A stretch of DNA of 62,929 nt, filler included, from Reclinomonas americana ATCC 50394 (Eukaryota), in assembly GCA_048213135.1 (NCBI GenBank). It is 12 parts of 12 records of this genome, joined end to end, with 100 filler letters (N's around TTAATTAATTAA, not from the genome) between each part and the next. Parts side by side here need not be neighbours in the genome. Positions count along the whole stretch, not along the records: positions 5,686 to 18,494 come from AFZH01021319.1; positions 18,595 to 20,256 come from AFZH01021320.1; positions 20,357 to 27,280 come from AFZH01021322.1; 9 more parts are not named here. One strand, given 5' to 3'. A program made the position numbers and the translations under genes. Position 1 is the stretch's first letter. Each line of letters opens with the position of its first letter. Below are positions 11,060-25,347 of the stretch, in pieces. The notes beneath the pieces are model-generated. The model saw only the letters and a program-made list of their open reading frames with translations. It made no database searches and was not told the DNA's origin.

Positions 11060-11893
11060 ATGCTGACTCTGCGCGCCTCGGCACTCCCTCCCCCCGCCGA
11101 CCTGCGACAGCATCGCCTGGCTCGCCTGTCGGCACCACAAGAGCTCTTCTTGGAGAAGCTCGTGATGAACGACGGCGCCACATACTTGGTGTTGGATGAG
11201 GATCATGTCGTCGTCGGGTATGTGGTCACCGCGGAGGACGGTGAGGTGGTGGTGGAGATGCACCTGGAGGATGCAGCGCTGGAGCACGCCGATGCTGTGA
11301 TGGATATGGTGATCCAGCAACTGGGAGTGAAGCGCATGCTGGTGCAGACCTTTGATCCGCTGGCCGTCAGTGTGGCGGTCGGTCGCGCGCGTGATGATGC
11401 GGGCGAGGTGAGCGGCATTCTGTTTCGTGTGATTGTCGATCGAGAGTTTGTGGAGCGCGACGACGTGGTGGCGCGGCTGGCCAGCGAGGCCGATGTGGGC
11501 GATCTCGTCGCACTCAGCAGCGACTTTTTCGACGACGAGGCCGAGATTGAGTCGTATCGACGTGCTGGCGGTCTCTTTGTGTACCGGCGACGTCAAAGCG
11601 AGGCGGAAGAGGAGAGCGAGGGCGAGCTGATTGGCGCTGGTGTGTTGCAGCAGGTGGTGGCCGGCGTCGATGGTGTCGACATTGGCATGGTGGTGCGGCC
11701 GTCGTTGCGCGGCTGCGGCTTCGGCACCTACATTATCCGCCACCTGAAGGCCCACTGTCTGGCGCGAGGTCAGCGACCGATCTGTGGCTGCGCGGTCGAC
11801 AATGAGGCCTCGCGACGCACGTTGCGACGGGCAGGATTCGCCTCGATGCACAAGCTCATGTCGTACAGCCTCGTCGCCGCGGGTGATGAGTGA
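11060..11893 (+). CDS. GNAT-family N-acetyltransferase, intronless, bacterial-type
   Basis: Single 277-aa ORF; acetyl-CoA motif A DIGMVVRPSLRGCGFG and motif B PICGCAVDNEASRRTLRRAGF. Confidence 0.8.
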   Translation: MLTLRASALPPPADLRQHRLARLSAPQELFLEKLVMNDGATYLVLDEDHVVVGYVVTAEDGEVVVEMHLEDAALEHADAVMDMVIQQLGVKRMLVQTFDPLAVSVAVGRARDDAGEVSGILFRVIVDREFVERDDVVARLASEADVGDLVALSSDFFDDEAEIESYRRAGGLFVYRRRQSEAEEESEGELIGAGVLQQVVAGVDGVDIGMVVRPSLRGCGFGTYIIRHLKAHCLARGQRPICGCAVDNEASRRTLRRAGFASMHKLMSYSLVAAGDE

Positions 11894-11994
11894 GTGAAAC
11901 GGGGCTTCTGTGCATCTCTTCGCTTCGCGAAGTCCACTGGCTCGACATAACAAGCCAGCTGCGGTCTTTAGGACAACTCGCATCGCTTCGATTG

Positions 11995-14801
11995 ATGGGG
12001 AGACCGCAATGGAGGGCCTCCACCTTCCTCCCTTTCCTCCTCCTCCTCCTCCTCCTCACCTCTAGCTGCCTGGCGGCTCGCCCACCGGCCTCGCACCCCT
12101 TAGCCTCCACACCAGCCACCATCCGCCTCGAACCATTCCTCCGAGTCGGCGTGCGCTCCGTGCCTCTCGTGTCGCTCTCGGGAGGTGCTGCACAGTGGCG
12201 AGTGCAGCGCGACAACGATGCACAGACACCAAGCGCAGTGTTGTCACTCAGCTCGCATGAGGCGCTGGGCGAGACAGGTGTGTGTGCATGCAAATCACAC
12301 GCTGCATCATGCGAATGAAACTGATATGGTTGGGTCGCAGTCGAGGCCTTTGTGCGCGATCATGGAGGCTCAGTGGAGCAGCTGCTGAGTGACGTGTCGA
12401 CCTACATTGAGGTGCACGCCTGTACTCTCCTCACATCACGCTTGATAATGCCGCTCATCCCATCCTCTCCCTTGTCATTCAGCGACAACGCATCATTTGT
12501 GCTGGTTGTGGTCACTTGCTCGGCGACTCGATGCTGTTTGCCAGCGATGCACCGCGCCCTCTGTTTGCTCCTGGCGACACGTCTCTGGTCGGGCTTGTCG
12601 GTGCACAGGGCACCAGCGCCGTGCTGCCGCTCACCGACGATGTCCACTCGCTGCGAGATGCTGGTGAGGTGATGTGTGCACTCGTTGCGCCTCTTCGTCT
12701 CTTACGTGCATTGTCAGTGACCATGGCGTTCGGCGGCCAGTCCGCCGCCTCGATCAACATGCAGCTGGCTCACACGTGGCGCTCCATTGTCGCGGTGCGT
12801 CGTTACTTGTGCAGTGCACAAGCCTGTGATTTTCTGATGTTTCTGTGCTCACAGACCGATGGCGCCATGCCGCTGCTGCGAGACATTTACTGCGACATTC
12901 ACCTGTACATTAGTGCTGTTGCGTGTAAACGTGTCACTTCCTCCTGCTGCTTTACTGCAGCTCACCGCCTCGTCTGATCGCGACAGCGACCACCTGGCTG
13001 GTGGAAACGACCATCACCGTCATCTGCTGTCGACGCCAGCCTCATCCCGCTGCCGTACGACGTCGATTCGCGAGCGCCCTTTGCCGAGTGGACCCATGGC
13101 CATCGCTTGTCAGCGCAGGCACTCACCGGACCGCAGCGGAATAACATGTGGTGCCTCTCCGCCGCCATGCATGGTGCGTTTGTCTCCGTGTCCTCCTCTC
13201 ATCTCTCTCGCTCTCTCTGAAGCAGCACGCACACTAGAGGCCATTGACTGCACGCACATCGGGCACGGCTTCGTGGCGCGGAGTGCATTGATGCCGCAGC
13301 CGCCGCTTCCCGCAACAGACAAGAATGCGCCTCTCGGCACGGTGGATCCGGCGCAGCGGCAAGTTGGACTGCACTCGGCCGACTTTTGCCGCGACGTGGA
13401 ACAGCACTTGTGGCACATGATGACGGATCCAACGGCACTGGCCGAGGCCCACACTGCAGTGGGCCGCCCGCACGCGCCACAGCCGCTGGCCTTGTTTCCT
13501 GCCGGTTCTGCCTTTCGCGAAAATGCATCCACGCTACAGCGCCTCGCTCACCATCTGGCCTTGCATCCATTCCAGCTCCCGGTCGGTAACGACGACACAG
13601 AAGACCGCCTCGTGGTGTTCACGGTGCTGGTGCTGGACGGCGACAGTCGTTCCGATTGGCTGCTGATGCTGGACAACTGGCTGACACATTTTTGGCATTA
13701 CCACGGACCGGAGGTGTTGCCGCTGATCGTGTGCGAGACGGAGACGACATATGCACTCGTGCAGCAGCTTCTAGAGTCTGCTGTAGGGCGACCACAGTCG
13801 GTGGCCGCCGCCTTTTTGGACGATTTCGGCTGGTTTGTGCCGTCGGCGCTGCAAGCTGTCATTGTATGGCATCCCTCTGAACACCGTCTCATCTGTGCAG
13901 GCAACGCGACAAGGGCGGCCTTCCGTTTGGCTTCCCGGGCGCCTCCGTCAACCTCAAATGGCTGTACACGTACCTGTTGCTCCGGTGCGGATATCGGCCG
14001 CTGCACATGGACGTCGATGCGCTCTTTGTCAGCCACGCTGCACACCTCACGCAGCTGAGCGACGTCGACGATGGCCTTGCGCCCGACATTCTCCTGCAGT
14101 ACGACTACATGCGTTTGGAGACCGATGTGCAGCCATTGCTGCGCACGCCGTCGTCGCAGCGTCGATTAGAGCCGTGGTTGTTTGCCTCGGATTCCGCCGT
14201 GCTGCCAGCGCCGTGGGTTGCGTTCTTCACTGCCTCTCTGACATGTCGTTCTCCTTTCTCTCTCACTACTCTTCTCTCGTTTCTCGTCTCTGTCTCTTCT
14301 CGTGCCATCGCTGCACAGGTGACCATGACATGCGCCGAGCACCGCCGATACCTGCCCGTCAACGTTGGCGTGTTCACCATTCGCCCGACCGTGTTCTCGC
14401 TGCGTCTGGTGGCGCACCTCGTGGCGCTCTTGGACGCACACTGGACGGAGCACAACGAGCAAATGCTGCTGCAGCTTCTCATCGACTACCACACTCGCCT
14501 CGGCCGCCTGCTCTTCGACTGGTTCGATCTCTGGCAAGTGAACAGCGCGCACGGTCTCATTATGCTGCGCGCCGCCCACGATCCCGACGGTCGCAGCGCT
14601 CGCGGCTACGAAGCCGGCTCACCAGCCGTGGTTGCGTGCCGCAAGCATTCGTCGCCACTACCTGTACTCCCCTTCGTTGCTCACACTGTTTTTGTCGTGC
14701 AGCTGCACATAACAGCCACCGGCATGCCCAAGATACCGCGCATGCACGAGTACGGATTGTGGCGAGCCGATGCACAAAGGATCCAGAAGATCGTCGAGTG
14801 A
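11995..14801 (+). CDS. Nucleotide-diphospho-sugar transferase (GT77-like) with signal peptide and long N-terminal extension
   Basis: Signal peptide FLPFLLLLLLLTSSCLA; LDNWLTHF; KWLYTYLLLRCGYRPLHMDVD (DxD); NVGVF; NEQ; LH...K...M...GLW. Confidence 0.75.
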
Positions 14802-14904
14802 GCGTAGCACACATGCCATTCGATGATGGACCTACCTGCGCTGGCCAGCACGTGCACAGGAAAGAAAGAAGACGACAGAGTTGTCGTCGTCGACCGCGAA
14901 TTAA

Positions 14905-16730
14905 ATGGACGGAGTCGCTGCTGCAAATTCGTTCAGTCGTGGGCGAGAGAGAAGAGAGAGGAGAGGCAGAGGGTCACTGTGGCGAGCCATGCAGCCACGC
15001 AATGATAGGTTCCGCCCCATCTTCATGGTGGCCTACTTCAGCCTCATCACCACCACGCTCTTCATACTATACAGAGTCGTTGCGTCTTGCACACACACAC
15101 ACACACACTCTCTCACGCACACACTCACTCACACACTCATCGCAGTCAAACATGGGCGACGAGAACGTCTCCTTCACCATGCTCTCTCCCTGGTCGTGGT
15201 GGCAGTACGGACGCGAGTTTGCCGAGTCAGACTCGCCTGATCATCTCGCAGATTGCAAGCTGGTGTGCGCCGACGCACCTCCACGAGGTACACGCTCTCT
15301 GAGGCACACACACACACATGCACACACAGAGTCACTTACACTCTCTGTCGTGTGGCAGGCAAGCTTCCACCCAAGTGCGACTGCACGCGGATCGCTGCGG
15401 ACTTTGTCGATCGAGGGCGACGGATGCTGCCTCCTCCGCGCCCGCAGATCGACAGTGAGCCTCTGTGGGCGTTCGAACCGGGCTTCCTGCCCGCAGATGT
15501 GTGCAAGGAGACCGAGAGGTTTCTGTGGACAGCGCTCACCTCGCCAGTGGCGTTGCGCGAGGTCGAGGCGGCAGTCGGCAACCCCGAAGCACCGCAACCC
15601 GTGTCGCTCTTCACCACCAGCAAGTATCGCGAGTCGTATGTGGCACTGGCGCACTTGGCGGAGCGGCTGAAGACGGGTCAGCATTCGTTGAACGATGATG
15701 GGCTGGTGGTGTTCACGACGGTCACGCTGCGGTCGACCACCGATGTGGAAAAGGCCAAGGGCTGGACCGACATGTTGCGCAACTGGCTCTTCCACTTTCG
15801 CAAGCTGCACGGCGACGAGAAGAAGCCGCTTGTCATTTGCTCCGACCTGGGAACTTACAATGCGGTGCTGGAGATCACCGGCAACGATCGCACCATCCCG
15901 CTGCTCGAGGAGACGCAGTGGTGAGTGTCTAGTCTCATTCACTTCCCTCCATCGATTGCGCACTCACTGTGGCGATATCGCCTCGCGCGCGCAGGCACAT
16001 TGGCAAGGGTCCGGTTGGCGGCGAGCGAAAGCTGGACGTGTCGCTCAACATCAAGTGGATGTACGCGTACCTGATGGTGCGTTGCGGGTACCAGCCGCTG
16101 TATGTGGACACGGACGTCATCCTGCTGCGCGACCTGCGCACAGTGCCGGAGGTGCTGCTCGGTTTGCCGCAGGCGCGGCCCATTGACTTTCTCGGGCAGG
16201 CCGACTGCTTCGACGACTGCGATCCGGTGCCGACCGTCGAGGCCGAGGCAGCGTATCGCGTCGCCACTCCGTACACCCTCATGCCGCAGCCGTGCACCGG
16301 TGAGGGATATCCGAACTGCCGCGAGAACCAGCGTCGATTCTGCATCAACGGCGGCACATGGACCGCCCGCCCGACGGTGTACTCGCTGCGCTTGTTCGCT
16401 CACATGATCGACGTGCTCGAGTCGCGTTGGGACTGGTTCGAGCAAGACCTGGTGAACTTCCTCATGGACTACCACACCCGTCTCGGCCGTCTGCGCTTCG
16501 ACTGGCTCGATCTGACCCGCGTGAACCACCAAGTCGGCTACAACAACCTCACCAAGCGCCGCGTGGCCTCCAACGATCGCGTGACTGTTGCGTCGCGCAC
16601 TTTGCTTGTAATTGCTCCATCGCCGCCCACACTCATGGTCTTCCTGCAGCTGCACGTCATGGGCGTGTGGTACGACAAGATCAAGCTGATGAAGGACATG
16701 GGCTACTGGTTCGAGACCGACGAGCCATAG
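14905..16730 (+). CDS. Nucleotide-diphospho-sugar transferase (GT77-like), type II membrane paralog
   Basis: Signal anchor IFMVAYFSLITTTLFILY; LRNWLFHF; KWMYAYLMVRCGYQPLYVDTD; INGG; EQD; LHVMG...KIKLMKDMGYW. Confidence 0.8.
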
Positions 16731-16789
16731 CAACGTGATATAAAGAAACCGTAATCCCTTGTGTAAAGACGCCCACTCTATTTTTACGA

Positions 16790-17508
16790 ATGTGGTGGCT
16801 CTGGCGCGCATCGCACCCCCAAGCAGCCTCTGCTGCTGCTGCTGCTGCTGCTGCACAGTCACCAGTGGTCGCCTTGTCGCACAGTGAGGCCGGCAAGGTC
16901 AGCGTTGGAAAGGAGACAATCTGCCTTGCCAGACACTCACACTCTCTCCCGCGCACACACAGTCGGGCGAGGTGGACTTGTGGCGCGACACGCCTGTGCG
17001 ATACGCCGGCTACGCCAACGAGGTACACTCTCCCACCCCCACTCTCTCCCTCTCCCACACGATCACTCACACCTCTCATGATCAGTTTGGAGAGGCATTC
17101 CGCGCCCACATCCCACTCGCCGTCGTCAAGGCCACCTATGTGGTAGCCTCGCTGTACGGCGCCTGCGATGCCGCCGACAAGGCATGGCGTCAGTACGAGG
17201 TGTGTGAGAAGCTGGGCATCACAGGCAGCGATCGCGCACTGGCCGTGGGCAGTGTCGCCGCCGATGTGGCCCTGTGGCAACTGGCGGCCTCGGTGGTGCT
17301 GCCGGCCTTTGCCGTCAATCGCACAGTGTGGCTCGTCAAGATGCTGGTGCCGCAGCGGTTCACGCTGCGCGGGTGGCTGCCGACGTTGTGCGGCCTGGCC
17401 ATTATTCCGTTCTTGCCGCTGGTGATTGATGTGGCGGTCGACCATGTTATGGAGCACTACCTGCGACCGCGGTACCAGCACCTGCAGCACTCGTTGCCTC
17501 CAAAGTAG
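16790..17508 (+). CDS. MTFP1: Mitochondrial fission process protein 1 (MTP18)
   Basis: DLWRDTPVRYAGYANE|FGEAFR, DAADK, DVALWQLAASVVLPAFAVNR, PTLCGLAIIPF...ID. Confidence 0.92.
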
Positions 17509-17747
17509 TAGTCGTTGTCGTTGTTGTTGTTGTTAGTTTCCACACACGTGTTAGAGACCTCTCTTTTCGCATTCCCCTCAGCTCAGCCTTGCATTCATTT
17601 TTCCCTGGCGTGAGCAGGAAGAGAATGAAAACAGAAAGAGAAGAAAGAAAGAAAAAAAAGAAGACTAGTGTAGGTTTTTGCGCGTGTCGATGAGGCGCTC
17701 TGGTCACTCGAACGCCACCGGCATCATTTTTTCAGAAGAAGGGGATT

Positions 17748-19472
<1,725 letters not shown>

Positions 19473-19797
19473 TGCTGCTCTCCGCGATAAAGTCTAGTGT
19501 GAGTGTGAGTGTGTGTGTGTGTAAACGGCAAGGGGGTTTACTTGGCTCCGTCAATGCGCGTGATGGAAGTGGACAGTTCGCTCGTCGCTCGCCGCCGATT
19601 GTCTCTGTCCCGGCTCCCACAAACGGGACATAGTTGACTCGCACGCGTTACATCGCGCGTCTGCTCTTCACACACGCGACTGTGCGTCTCTCTTGTGCTT
19701 GTACCCTGCTTCCTTCCTTTGTCTCTCTTTCTTTGTGTGTGTGTGAGTCTGTGTGCGCGCGCTTGTGTGTTGAGTGAGAGAGCAAGTGCGACACAAA

Positions 19798-22036
19798 ATG
19801 TTCTCGGGACGCGAGTCGAGTGGCGGCACCCGATCACCGTCCAAGCTCTCATCATCAACCTCCTCATCATCATCAGCGAGCTCCTCACGCAGTGGCGCAC
19901 TGTCATCGGGCTCTGGCATGGTCGTGGCCTCTCTGACAACGACGACGCAGACGCAGCAGCATCATCATCAGCGGCACCTGGAGCAACAACAGCTTCTCAT
20001 GATGGAGATGTACGCGAACCGCCCGCGACACCGCTCCATTGCCGCCTCAGCGCGCGTGTGGGAGAGCGCCACGCGCGGTGCCGCCATGTCATCCCGCGCA
20101 ACAACGCCGACAACAACACCAGCGTCTTCTCCTCCGCCTCCGTCTTCATTACCATCACTATCAAGCAGGCAGCAGCAGCAGCAGCAGCAGCCACGGAGTA
20201 GTCATCATCATCAACATCATCATTCTCCACAGCAACAGCAGCAGCAGCAGCAGCAGNNNNNNNNNNNNNNNNNNNNNNNNNNNNNNNNNNNNNNNNNNNN
20301 TTAATTAATTAANNNNNNNNNNNNNNNNNNNNNNNNNNNNNNNNNNNNNNNNNNNNGACGACTGGGCCGACATTCCCACCTTTGAGCAGTCAATGGCCAG
20401 TGGCCGTCAGTCGGTGAGTCGCGCCTTCGAGTTGACGAGGGAGAACGAGAGCGCAAAACTGACCATGATTCGTGTCGTGCACACAGCACATGGGCGAGGC
20501 GCGTCTGAGCCTGAAGGTGCTGACGTTGGCGACGCACCAGATCGAGATTCTGTTTGTGCTCTGCAACCTGATTGGTGGCCGGAGGAAACTGGACGTGCAG
20601 CAGCGCGCCGCCTCGCTTGGCCTCATCCCCATTCTGGCCAAGACCTTTGCGGGCATGGAGTGGGATCCGCGCAAGGAGCACCAGCCGACGGACCCGCCGC
20701 ACGGTCCCGGCTGCGACTGCAACCCGGAGAGCGCGCTGAAGGTGCAGATGCTGCGTCTCATTCACGCCTACTGCGACCGCGACATGGACGGACGCGACAA
20801 CAAGATGCTCCTGCTGACACCCTCTGAGCTGGCGTCTGTGGGCAGTTGCGTGCTCCGCGCACTCTCTTGTCACGACGTGCGCGTGTTTGTGTGCTCACTC
20901 AAAGAAATCCTCGTGCAGTCCAACGCCGCTTTGCCCCGTACACACAATGCAGCGGCAAAACCGGTCTGATTCGGATGCTCATTGACGAGCTCAGCCGCCA
21001 GCCCAAGGACTCCAACTATCGCTTCTGGATGGCGTCGTGTGTGGAGGCGTACTTGCGTGGCGCTAGCATGGAGGAGAAGGTGTTTGTGTGCCGCACGCCG
21101 CTGCTCCAGGTCTGTTTGCACTCTGTTTCCTCCGCCCTTTCCCTCCCTTCCCCCTCACACTCATTTTCTCTCTCTTCCGCAGTTCCTGCTGTCGGACGTG
21201 ATCAGCGACGGCCTCAACTGCCCCGGCAGTCTGCAGACCAGCTTTGATTTGCTGGGCGAGCTGTGCAAGTTCAACCCGGTCGGCCTGCGCCTGCTGAACG
21301 AGATGCTGAGTGAGGACGACATGGCGCGGCTGCGAGGCGTGGTGCTCGGCAACCTGGTGGACAGCAATGTGTTCCTCCGCGGCTGCCTGCTCACGCTCGA
21401 ATCGCTGCGCGACATGCGGCCGTCGTCGGACTACCCGTTCGATGTGTGCAAGTTTGAGCGGTTCTTTGACGTCGAGTCGCCGATGATCCTCAAGAGCCTG
21501 ATGACGATTGTGACGCCAGAAGAGATCACTCAAGAGAGTTGCGTTTCCTTGTGTCTCCGTGCGTGTTTCTTGTCTATGTTGCTCATTTCCCCCCTCCGTG
21601 TGCAGACATTTGCTGTCTCAACACGGCCCTGGTGATCATTTTCCGGCTGCACTCGCACGGCGCACTGGAATCCGTCCTGCGCAGCATCCGCGTCTACGAG
21701 CAACGGCACCGTGTGGAGGTTCTCGGCAACTTCCGCAAGCTGCTCTTCTTCTGGAAAGAGTACTACTTTTACCGCGGCCGCGACAAGCTCTCGCTGGAGC
21801 TCGGCAGCGGCCTGCCGTTCACACGCTGGGCGCGCATGGTCGACAAGCTCATTGCCGAGGGCGGTCGGTTCTCACTGACCGGCGCACCACCACCAACGCC
21901 CTCCGCGGGCGCCACCATGCAAATGTTCCAAATGCTGCCCGGCTCACCCGCAATGGCCGCCGCAGCCGCCGCCTCTGCCGCCTCGGGAAGCAGCAGCAGA
22001 AGATCGCGAGAACTGTTTTCCAAGTTCACTCCATGA
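19798..22036 (+). CDS. TRPC4AP: TRPC4-associated protein (TRUSS, DUF3689), with polyQ N-terminus; contains gap
   Basis: HGPGCDCNPESALKVQMLRL, RFWMASCVEAYLRG, QTSFDLLGELCKFN, LVDSNVFLR, CCLNT, LLFFWKEYY, SLELGSGLPF. Confidence 0.9.
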
Positions 22037-22217
22037 TGAGGGGAAGAAGAAGAAGAAGAAGAAGGAGATACAATATGGCGCTGACATAACAACGAGACAA
22101 AAGAAAGAGGGAAGGAGAGGAATGCAAAAAAATGTAATCGTTTGGTTGGTTGAACGATTGTGCGAATTTACATTCATTGTGTTGTGTATGCCCCCGTGGG
22201 AGACACCCTTTGTTCCA

Positions 22218-22912
22218 ATGGCATCTGTGTGGCAGAGACTGAAGAATGCGACAACCGGAGGCAACAGCAGCGACGGAGACTCACTGGAGGATCTCAAGTG
22301 CCCGTGCCAGTTGTCCTTCAAAGAGCGCATGATTGGGTGCGAAAGAAGCAGACAACTCTCTCACACTCTGTGTCTCTCGCGCTCTCTCTCTCACACACGC
22401 AATGTGCACAGGTTTGGCATCAGCTTTAGCATTGGCGCGCTTCTGATGTTCCTCTCGTTCCTCTTTGTCATGTCGATCCAACTGACCAAGTTCGCCGTAA
22501 TGTACTCCCTCGGCAACGTCTGCGCCCTCTGCTCCACCGGATTCCTCATTGGACCCTGGCGACAAATCAAACAAATGGTCAGTCAACTCGCAAGTCACTG
22601 TGAGATCTTTTCGTTTGTTTGTTTGACTTTGGGTGGCGAACAGTGTGCGCCTGTGCGAGTGGGCGCCACTCTCGGCTACGTGGGCGCCATGGTGATGACA
22701 CTGGTCAGCGCACTCAAGGTTCGACTTGTCCCTCCACGAGTGTGGCAAACTCATTTGACTGACTAGCTGTGCAACAGTTCCGCAGCTTCCTCCTCACCAT
22801 GCTCTTCTTGCTCATTCAAATCGGCGCGATGATCTGGTACTGCCTCAGCTACATCCCGTTCGGGCGGAGGATCTGCAAAAGCTGTGTCGAGTCGGCTGTC
22901 ACGGCTGTGTGA
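22218..22912 (+). CDS. SFT2: Vesicle transport protein SFT2/Got1 family
   Basis: LSFKERMIGF, KFAVMYSLGN, STGFLIGPWRQIKQM, WYCLSYIPFGR; four TM segments. Confidence 0.93.
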
Positions 22913-23208
22913 GCGTTTTTGCTGCTTGTCTGTCTGTGTCGCCCGCGCGCACGCCCTTTCCCCCGAGTCGCCGAGCCGTTCAATGAACGCACGCAGCGGT
23001 GGGACTCTGAACGCAGGCAGTGGAGTGTCTGTCGTCTCTGTATCGCTCGACCTCTTCTCGTTGTGGTCTTCTCGCGGGGGCCGTAGCAGGTGCGCGTTTT
23101 TACTCTATACGCAGGCAGCAGAGTGTCGACCTGCTGCTCTCTCTATTGCTCGACCTCTCGCGTCGTTGTGGCCTTTTCTACGCGCGCATGTCATTCTTCG
23201 TGTCAGCG

Positions 23209-23872
23209 TCACGAAGGCAGCGGACCGTAGTATCGCTGGCGCACGAGGGCAGCTGTTGGCACGTGGCACTCATCCCATCGCCCGAACCACTGGTAGCGTT
23301 TCTGTGAGGCACGACAAGTGAGCTCAAAGACAGCGATGGCGGAGAAGGGAGGAGAAGGAGGGTGGACCTTGGCGACGAAATCGTAGAAAGGGTCGGCCAA
23401 AACGCGCGGCCACCACCCCACCAGCCAGTACACGACCGGCCACGGAGCTGCCATGTGTCGCGCCACTTGCAGTGCTGCTTGCGAGCCCGTGTGCAGCGAT
23501 AGATCGCGCGTGTCCACCACCACGAAGCGATCCAGCACATCCTGCAGCGACATCTTCCGCGCGCCTGTCACCTCACTGACCATTCGCAGCAGATCGCTGG
23601 CCGCCTGCACACGCAGACACACACATAAGCTACTCACGCACAGTGCTCACTTGGGCCTTCCTCCTTGGCCTGTGCATCGCAACTGGAGACTGCGCGTGCA
23701 CGTATGCCAGGTGCGCATGAGGATCGCGACGAGCGACGAACTGGATGCCTGCGTGACACAGGTGGCACACTCCGTCGTACACAATGATGCCGGTGACGTG
23801 TGGCGGGACCGCGAGTGGGAGACGAGTGGAGGAGAACCAGCGACAGGCGCTGGTCGCGCGTGACAGGATCAT
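23209..23872 (-). CDS. DCC-family thiol-disulfide oxidoreductase (DUF393), possibly with mitochondrial presequence
   Basis: YDGVCHLC (DxxCxxC), D..YDFVAK|KRYQWFG; N-terminus MILSRATSACRWFSS. Confidence 0.88.
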
Positions 23873-23925
23873 GTGAAGAGACTTGTCCCGCGATTGTTTC
23901 GTTTTCATTGTCGCTCTCACTCGCT

Positions 23926-25347
23926 TCATGCGGGCGTGCTGGGTGTGGCGACAAGTGCAGCGTTTAGTGGTCGACTTGACTTGCGAACGGGCGTGCGACG
24001 CGGCGAGTCCATCAGCACCTGCATGGTACTCTGGCACATGCTCAGCTGCTCGTCGAGATCCTGCACGTCGCGGTCAGCACGCGCGCATAAGGACAAGCAC
24101 TATTAGCCGATCGGCTGTCTTTACCTGCAGCACGTTGAGCACGCGGCCGACCAGGGCCAGACTCGTGGCGGCACCGTCTTGTGTACTGGCGGTGCTGCTC
24201 ATGGACGGTGTGCGGCTTCCGTGTGGCGTCGACGGTGTTGGCGGTGGCAAATGCGGTGGCTCAGACACGGTGCGCGACCGCACGCTGCTGCCCGGCGTCC
24301 GCAGCTCGCCAGTCGCCGCACTCGGCGTGTTGCCCTCGATGCGCGGAATCGACGACGCACGCTGCATCGGCGTTCTCTGCATGGCTTGCGGCACAGGCAC
24401 CGGCGAGTCCGGCTCCCCATCGCCGTCGACATGACCATTGGCAGAGGATTGCAGAGGTCGCCTCGTCAGGCTCTCCTGCTGCTGGTGCTTGAAGGCCTCC
24501 AGCTCCGCTTGTACCGCTGCACACAGGGCAACACAGCATGAGCTGGAGACTGCTTGCTGTAATAGCCAGTGAGACCTACGCACCCGACAGCTGATCGCGC
24601 ATCAACTGCAGCTCCTTGCTATGATGCATTCGCTCATCCTCCAGCTCACACTGCAGATACACCTTCTCCGCCGTCTGCCTCTCCAACGACGTCTCCAGAT
24701 CCTCGGCACTGGCGGCCACCACGCGTTCCCTATTCTCCAACTCATCATTCACCTGCTCCAAGTACCTTATCCGCGCCTTCATCTCCGTCGCCTGCTGGTG
24801 CAGTCTCTCAACCTCCTCGCGCAACTCGGCAGTCGTCTTGGCCGCGGCCAGAGTCGACTGCTTCATTCGCGACTACACCCCACAGAGAGAGAAAGAGAGG
24901 CAAAGAGTAAGAGACAGACTGAGAGAGAGATGAGTGGAGGTGTCGCACCTGCAGCTCCTCCAGCTCCTCTGAGGTACTCCGCAGTCGCTTTGTGAGCTCC
25001 GCATTGCTTTGCTCTGCTCTCTGCAGTCCCGTCTGCAGCTCTTGCTCCAGCTCATGAGTCGACTCTTGAAACTCATCAAATCTGTTCTCCAGTGAGTGAT
25101 CAATCAGTCTCTCTCTCTCACTCTCTCTCGCGCGCGCGCACACACACGCACTCTTGATTGAGTTGTGCCACCTCTGCACATCGTGCAGAGAAGGCCTTCA
25201 ACAGTGCGTCGCGCTGAGAGGAGGCAGTGGGCACAAGAGCTTCCAACGCGCGCTGTGTGCACAGACACGTGTGAGTGAGTGACACACAGATAGACAGAGC
25301 TTGTCCTCTGCCTTTGTGCTGCTCACTTTGAACTCCTCGGCGTCCAT
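23926..25347 (-). CDS. NDE1: Nuclear distribution protein NudE (NDE1/NDEL1 family), dynein regulator
   Basis: EFQESTHELEQEL and IRYLEQVNDELENRER in a coiled coil, a Ser/Thr/Pro-rich linker and a C-terminal helix. Confidence 0.82.

Noticed and set aside
10594..11199. 201-aa ORF upstream of and overlapping the GNAT
   Set aside because: No recognisable domain, atypical composition and out-of-frame overlap; a small upstream exon cannot be fully excluded.
9511..15670. Long alternative-frame or antisense ORFs (9511-10455 +, 11003-11983 -, 13835-15670 +)
   Set aside because: Shadow ORFs expected from high GC3; they overlap motif-supported genes and show no motifs of their own.
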